From Candidatus Obscuribacteraceae bacterium (GTDB lineage Bacteria; Cyanobacteriota; Vampirovibrionia; Obscuribacterales; Obscuribacteraceae), in assembly GCA_044226015.1 (NCBI GenBank), contig JBGAHS010000003.1, forward strand, positions 736,001-800,000: DNA of 64,000 nucleotides, read 5' to 3'. A program made the position numbers and the translations under genes. The stretch's first letter is position 1; the number at the start of each line of letters is the position of its first letter. The notes under the pieces were generated by a model, which was given only the letters and a program-made list of their open reading frames with translations, was not told the DNA's origin and searched no databases. Shown here one piece after another: positions 58,611 to 64,000 of the stretch.

Positions 58611-61157
58611 TTACTTGTCGTCGGAATCGCCTTTTCCTTCTTTGGCTTCAGCTTTATCCTCAGACTTGTCTTTCTTGCTGCTCTTTGCAGTTGCTGCGAC
58701 TTCTTTCTTTTCTGGAGCTTTTTCGAAGCGGAATGCATCGGAATCCAGAACCGTATGAATGGTATCACCTTCTTTGAAGCGACCCGCCAGAACTTGTTCG
58801 GCAAGTGCATCTTCCAACAAACGTTGAATAGAACGACGTAGTGGTCTTGCTCCGTAGGTTGGGTTGTAGCCATCTTTTGCGATAAAGTCTTTGCAATCGT
58901 CGGTGATGACAAGTTCCATTCCTTGAGCTTTGAGACGGCTTTGCAAATCTGCAGTCATGATATCGACAATTCTGCGGATTTCTTCCTTCGTAAGCTGTTG
59001 GAATACGATGATTTCATCGATTCTGTTCAAGAACTCTGGTCTGAATGTCTTCTTCATAGAATCCATGACGAGATCGCGAATCTTCTTGTAACGCTCGGAG
59101 TGCTCTTGCTTCGTGTCAGCAAGCTGGAAGCCTACGGTCAACGATGACTTATCAATGAACTGAGCACCAACGTTGGAGGTCATAATGATGATCGCGTTCT
59201 TGAAGTCAACCGTGCGTCCCTTACTGTCAGACAAACGACCATCGTCGAGAATCTGGAGCAACACGTTAAATACATCTGGGTGCGCTTTTTCAATTTCATC
59301 GAACAGCACAACTGAGTATGGCTTTCTGCGTACTGCTTCAGTAAGCTGACCGCCTTCCTGGTAGCCGACGTATCCTGGAGGTGAACCAATCAACTTCGAT
59401 GTTGTGTGGTGCTCCATGAACTCAGACATGTCGATACGGATCATGTTGTCTTCGGAACCAAAGAAATAACCTGCCAGAGCCTTCGCCAACTCGGTTTTAC
59501 CTACACCAGTAGGACCTGAGAAGATGAAGCTACCGATTGGACGGTTCGGATTTTTCAAGCCAACGCGCGAACGGCGAATAGCCTTACAAACAGCTTCAAC
59601 AGCATCGTCTTGACCGATAACTCTCTGGTGCAAAACGTCTGACATGTGCAGCAATCTTTCTGATTCGCCTTCGGTAAGTTTCAGAAGCGGAATGCCTGTC
59701 CAGGTGCTTACTACGTGAGCTACTTCCTCGCCAGTAACAACCGGCTTTTCGGTTTCCTGTTTTGCTTTCCATGCTGCCTGAATGTCGCGAATTTTTTCTG
59801 AAAGCTTGGTTTCAGATTCACGCAATGAGGCTGCTTTTTCGAACTCTTGATTGCGAATTGCAGTTTCCTTGTCGCGACGAACTTTGCGCAATTCGCGGTC
59901 AACTTCCTTGCCTTCTGGTGGCAATGAACTGGCTCTCAAGCGAACGCGTGATGAAGCTTCGTCAATAATATCGATAGCTTTGTCTGGAAGAAAACGATCG
60001 CTGATGTATCTATCGGAAAGCTTGGTAGCATGTTCGATAGCCTCATCAGAGATAATCAAACGATGGTGCTCTTCATACTTCGAGCGCAAGCCACGAAGAA
60101 TTTCGATTGTTTCGTCCACGCTCGGTGGGTCGATGATAACAGGCTGGAATCTGCGTTCCAATGCGGCATCACGCTCGATGTGCTTACGATATTCATCCAT
60201 CGTTGTAGCACCGATACACTGCAGTTCGCCTCTCGACAGAGCTGGTTTCAAGATGTTAGCCGCGTCGATTGCGCCTTCTGCTGCACCAGCACCAATCAAT
60301 GTGTGCAACTCGTCGATAACAAGCATAACGTTGCCTGCACCGCGAATTTCATCCATGATTTTCTTGAGACGCTCTTCAAACTCGCCTCTGTACTTGGTTC
60401 CAGCGACCAACAAACCGATGTCTAACTGAACAATTTTCTTGTCCATCAAAATGTCTGGAACATCAGCATTCGAAATGCGAATAGCCAGACCTTCTGCGAT
60501 AGCGGTTTTACCTACGCCAGGCTCACCGATCAGAACAGGATTATTCTTTGTTCTACGACCGAGAATTTGGATCACACGCTCGATTTCTTTCTCGCGTCCG
60601 ACTACCGGGTCGAGGCGTCCTTCTTGTGCAGCCTGAGTCAGATTGACACCAAACTCATCGAGGGTTGGTGTTTTTGATCTGCCCGTACCAGCAGATGTGG
60701 TAGCACCCGCGGTGGCAGCTCCACTTTCACCGAGAAGGCGAATCACATGGCTTCTGACCTTTGTCAAGTCGACTCCGAGGTTTTCCAACACTCTAGCGGC
60801 GACCCCTTCTCCTTCTCTAATCAGTCCGAGTAAGAGATGTTCAGTACCGATGTAGTTATGACCTAGCTGTCTGGCTTCATCCCAGGATAGTTCCAGAACG
60901 CGCTTAGCACGCGGTGTAAATGGAATTTCTACTGCAACAAATCCAGAACCCCGGCCGATAATTTTCTCAACTTCGACACGAGCATCCTTCAGGTTCACGC
61001 CCATTGACTTCAATGTCTTGGCAGCGATCCCTGTTCCCTCGCCGATTAGACCCAAAAGGATTTGCTCAGTACCCACGAAGTTGTGCCCCAATCTGCGGGC
61101 TTCTTCCTGGGCAAGCATAATCACTTTGATTGCCTTCTCTGTGAAACGCTCAAACAT
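58611..61157 (-). CDS. clpC: ATP-dependent Clp protease ATPase ClpC
   Basis: [32 protein letters not shown]; two AAA modules; UVR domain. Confidence 0.98.
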   Translation of the reverse strand: MFERFTEKAIKVIMLAQEEARRLGHNFVGTEQILLGLIGEGTGIAAKTLKSMGVNLKDARVEVEKIIGRGSGFVAVEIPFTPRAKRVLELSWDEARQLGHNYIGTEHLLLGLIREGEGVAARVLENLGVDLTKVRSHVIRLLGESGAATAGATTSAGTGRSKTPTLDEFGVNLTQAAQEGRLDPVVGREKEIERVIQILGRRTKNNPVLIGEPGVGKTAIAEGLAIRISNADVPDILMDKKIVQLDIGLLVAGTKYRGEFEERLKKIMDEIRGAGNVMLVIDELHTLIGAGAAEGAIDAANILKPALSRGELQCIGATTMDEYRKHIERDAALERRFQPVIIDPPSVDETIEILRGLRSKYEEHHRLIISDEAIEHATKLSDRYISDRFLPDKAIDIIDEASSRVRLRASSLPPEGKEVDRELRKVRRDKETAIRNQEFEKAASLRESETKLSEKIRDIQAAWKAKQETEKPVVTGEEVAHVVSTWTGIPLLKLTEGESERLLHMSDVLHQRVIGQDDAVEAVCKAIRRSRVGLKNPNRPIGSFIFSGPTGVGKTELAKALAGYFFGSEDNMIRIDMSEFMEHHTTSKLIGSPPGYVGYQEGGQLTEAVRRKPYSVVLFDEIEKAHPDVFNVLLQILDDGRLSDSKGRTVDFKNAIIIMTSNVGAQFIDKSSLTVGFQLADTKQEHSERYKKIRDLVMDSMKKTFRPEFLNRIDEIIVFQQLTKEEIRRIVDIMTADLQSRLKAQGMELVITDDCKDFIAKDGYNPTYGARPLRRSIQRLLEDALAEQVLAGRFKEGDTIHTVLDSDAFRFEKAPEKKEVAATAKSSKKDKSEDKAEAKEGKGDSDDK

Positions 61158-61325
61158 GGCGAATTACGCCTCCCGTAACAGCTTAATGTAATTCATTCTA
61201 ACACTATGTTTATGGTCAATAGCCCGGAAAGCTCCAAAAAATCGAGCACAAGCCTGATTTTTAGTTTCAGCCCGTTAAGCTATTGATAATGATTTTTTCC
61301 ACGTACTGCGGCAACTCATGCGTCG

Positions 61326-63650
61326 TCAAGCGTGAGTTTCTTTTCCTTCAGCAAGTTGCGAAAAGTCACATTCCTTGTTGGAGCAAGCGATTTGGTCGCC
61401 ACGCTTCAAGGTCTTGTAAAGCAGCAAGCTTTCGCATTTCGGACAAGTTGTCTTGCCATTTGGTCCATCAGAAAGCAGCGGTGGATACCAGTACGCGGAA
61501 GGACACTGATTCAGACCATAATTGCTGCAGCCGTAGAACATTTTTCCACGTCTTGACTTCTTCTCTACGATGTCTCCACCGCAGCCTTCACGCGGGCACA
61601 CAACACCAGTCGTCTTCACGATAGGTCGCTGTGCATTACATTCAGGATTGCTGCCTGTGTTGGTGCAATGCAAGTAATCTCCATAGCGCCCGTAGCGAAT
61701 GACCATAGGCGCAGTGCATTGCTTGCAGAGCTCTTCTGAGGGTCTATCAGGCGGAACAGGCAAACCTTCTTTTGTGAGTTTGACTGTGCTCTTGCATTCT
61801 GGATATCCAGTACATCCAAGAAAAGGACCGTAGCGTGATGATTTGACTGCCATCTGCAAACCGCAAAGAGGACAGTTTTGGTCAGAGAGGATGACTATTT
61901 TGTTCATGCTCTCTTCTGCTTTCTTCAGAGTCTCGCCGAATGGCTTGTAGAACTCTTTCAGCATGCCATGCCAATCGACCTTATCGTCTTCGATCTGGTC
62001 AAGTTTGGCTTCCATTTCAGCTGTAAAGCCGACATCAACGATGTTGCCGAAATGTTCGACAAGCATTTCGTTGACAGCTCTTCCAAGCTTTGTTGGAACA
62101 AGAGTTTTGTTCTGGCGCTCAACATATTTGCGATCGATAATCGTCGCTACAGTTGCCACATATGTTGACGGTCTTCCAATTCCAAGTTCCTCAAGAGTCT
62201 TAACAAGACTTGCTTCGCTGAATCTCGGAGGTGGCTGAGTGAAGTGTTGCTTTGGATCAAGATCCTTCAACTTGAGAGAATCTTTCTTGTCCAACTCTGG
62301 GAGATGAGCCGTATCTTCATTATCTTCGTCATCAGATTCTTTTGACTCACGATTGAGAACAATGGTATATCCAGCAAAAGTTATCTCCGAAGCCGATGCT
62401 CTGAAAACTGCTTTGCCAGCGGTTATTTCAACCGTTCTTGTGGATAGTTCTGCCGAAGCCATCTGGCTTGCGACAAATCTTTCCCAGATCAATTTATATA
62501 CTTTGTATTGATCAGCCGAAAGATGTGACTTGATTGACTCTGGTGTCTTGTAAACGCTCGTAGGACGAATAGCTTCGTGCGCGTCCTGCATGCTCTTTGC
62601 TTTTCTTTCGTAAACGCGTGGCTTTTCAGGATAATACTTTTTGCCATGCTTTTCGAGAATGTACTCTTTTGCTTCGTCTTGAGCTTGTTGAGCAACACGA
62701 GTCGAGTCAGTTCTCATGTAAGTGATAAGACCTGATGGACCTTGTGTTCCAAGTTCCACACCTTCGTACAAAGACTGCGCAACTTGCATGGTCTTTTTGA
62801 CTGTAAAACCTAGAGCATTTGCAGCTTCTCTCTGCAAGGTAGATGTAATAAACGGAGCCTGAGGTTGTCTCTGGCTGCTCTTGGTGGTTACAGAACTAAC
62901 TACAAAGTCTTCTGACTCAATTGCCTTTGTGATTTTCTTGCACTCTTTTTCAGAGTCAATCGTCATCGTTCCACTGCCACCCTTATCGGAGGCAGAGATG
63001 ATGCGCTTCCCGTCCCACTTCACAAGGTTAGCTTTGAAGCCTTGCTTTGAACGAGCCTTCGAAAATTCGCCTTTCAAAGTCCAATATTCTATTGGGACAA
63101 AACTTTCGATTTCGACTTCGCGTTCACAAATGATGCGCACGGCCACGCTCTGCACACGACCGGCAGATCTGCCGTTAATTCTGCGCCATAGCAACGGGCT
63201 GATTTTATAACCTACAAGACGATCTAGCAGACGACGAGCTTGTTGAGCGTCTACAAGCTGTCCTTTTATATGACGCGGCTTTTTCATTGCCGCAAGAACT
63301 GCTTCTTTTGTAATTTCGTTGAACTCTACTCTGTGCAACTTCTTCGGTGGCACATCTAGAATCTCAGAAAGATGCCATGCAATTGCTTCCCCTTCTCGGT
63401 CAGGGTCAGGCGCGAGATAAACGTGATCAGCTTTCTCTGCTGCTTCTCTTAGTTCTTTTACGATCGGTTCTTTATCGCGCAAAATCTCGTACTGAGGTTC
63501 GAAGTTCTTGCGCACGTTTACGCCTAACTTGTTCTTTGGTAGGTCACGTACGTGGCCGATACTGGCTTTGACCTGGAACTCTTGACCGAGGATCTTGGAA
63601 ATCGTCTTGGCTTTTGCCGGAGACTCAACTATAACGAGAGATTTTCCCAT
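61326..63650 (-). CDS. topA: DNA topoisomerase I
   Basis: LVIVESPAKAKTI, DPDREGE, SAGRVQS, LITYMRTDS, C-terminal zinc ribbons. Confidence 0.98.
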   Translation of the reverse strand: MGKSLVIVESPAKAKTISKILGQEFQVKASIGHVRDLPKNKLGVNVRKNFEPQYEILRDKEPIVKELREAAEKADHVYLAPDPDREGEAIAWHLSEILDVPPKKLHRVEFNEITKEAVLAAMKKPRHIKGQLVDAQQARRLLDRLVGYKISPLLWRRINGRSAGRVQSVAVRIICEREVEIESFVPIEYWTLKGEFSKARSKQGFKANLVKWDGKRIISASDKGGSGTMTIDSEKECKKITKAIESEDFVVSSVTTKSSQRQPQAPFITSTLQREAANALGFTVKKTMQVAQSLYEGVELGTQGPSGLITYMRTDSTRVAQQAQDEAKEYILEKHGKKYYPEKPRVYERKAKSMQDAHEAIRPTSVYKTPESIKSHLSADQYKVYKLIWERFVASQMASAELSTRTVEITAGKAVFRASASEITFAGYTIVLNRESKESDDEDNEDTAHLPELDKKDSLKLKDLDPKQHFTQPPPRFSEASLVKTLEELGIGRPSTYVATVATIIDRKYVERQNKTLVPTKLGRAVNEMLVEHFGNIVDVGFTAEMEAKLDQIEDDKVDWHGMLKEFYKPFGETLKKAEESMNKIVILSDQNCPLCGLQMAVKSSRYGPFLGCTGYPECKSTVKLTKEGLPVPPDRPSEELCKQCTAPMVIRYGRYGDYLHCTNTGSNPECNAQRPIVKTTGVVCPREGCGGDIVEKKSRRGKMFYGCSNYGLNQCPSAYWYPPLLSDGPNGKTTCPKCESLLLYKTLKRGDQIACSNKECDFSQLAEGKETHA

Positions 63651-64000
63651 GCGTTGCTTACTGCTGTGTTGTGAAGAGGGAGTTACGAGTTATTCAAAAT
63701 GACACGTTTTCTGGCTGCCGACAAGCCAAGAAAACCGATTAGGCTTCTGAAGACCTGTCAAGAACCTTATGAGCGGTGAGTATAACACGCTCATCTTTTT
63801 ATATATGATTTGCCATAATTTCTTCTGCCCAAATTTCCACCCTGCGCTTGATCTTTCAGCCAAATGAAAAGGTGATGTCAAGACGACTGTTTAAGCGTAT
63901 CTTGCCATCTTGTCACGATTGTGCGAATTTCCAGCGCTAAACATTGCCGCACAGGGCATTAGCAGGTTTTATGTTTTTTGGAAGATAAATTCGCAAATTT

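Overview
Bacterial chromosomal window, most likely from a non-photosynthetic cyanobacterial relative (Vampirovibrionia/Melainabacteria, Obscuribacterales-like). This is inferred from a ClpC N-terminus of cyanobacterial type, no photosynthesis genes here, and many kinase/TPR genes. The backbone holds ordinary genes: hup, gatB, mlaDFE, trmD, rnpB, fadJ-like plus thiolase, a sugar ROK/NagB/SSS cluster, clpC and topA. Interspersed are about ten compositionally distinct transcription units. Most share (i) a 100-250 nt self-complementary leader, (ii) strong Shine-Dalgarno sites and C/G-ending codons with near absence of TTA/CTA/TCA, (iii) a long 3' hairpin and (iv) a strand-oriented tail motif CTTTTT-GNNT-TTTAAA. 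I found 13 copies of the tail motif by eye, behind 7 units, several spaced 41-42 bp apart. The cargo is peptidases (FtsH-like M41, M29, M3B, M4), a patatin, a K+ channel, a divergent S1-domain protein, paralogous unknown proteins and an array of 21-116 aa membrane microproteins. No integrase, transposase or CRISPR array was seen. The cassette architecture and its tail motif are the main candidate novel system. All calls are by eye, with no database searches.
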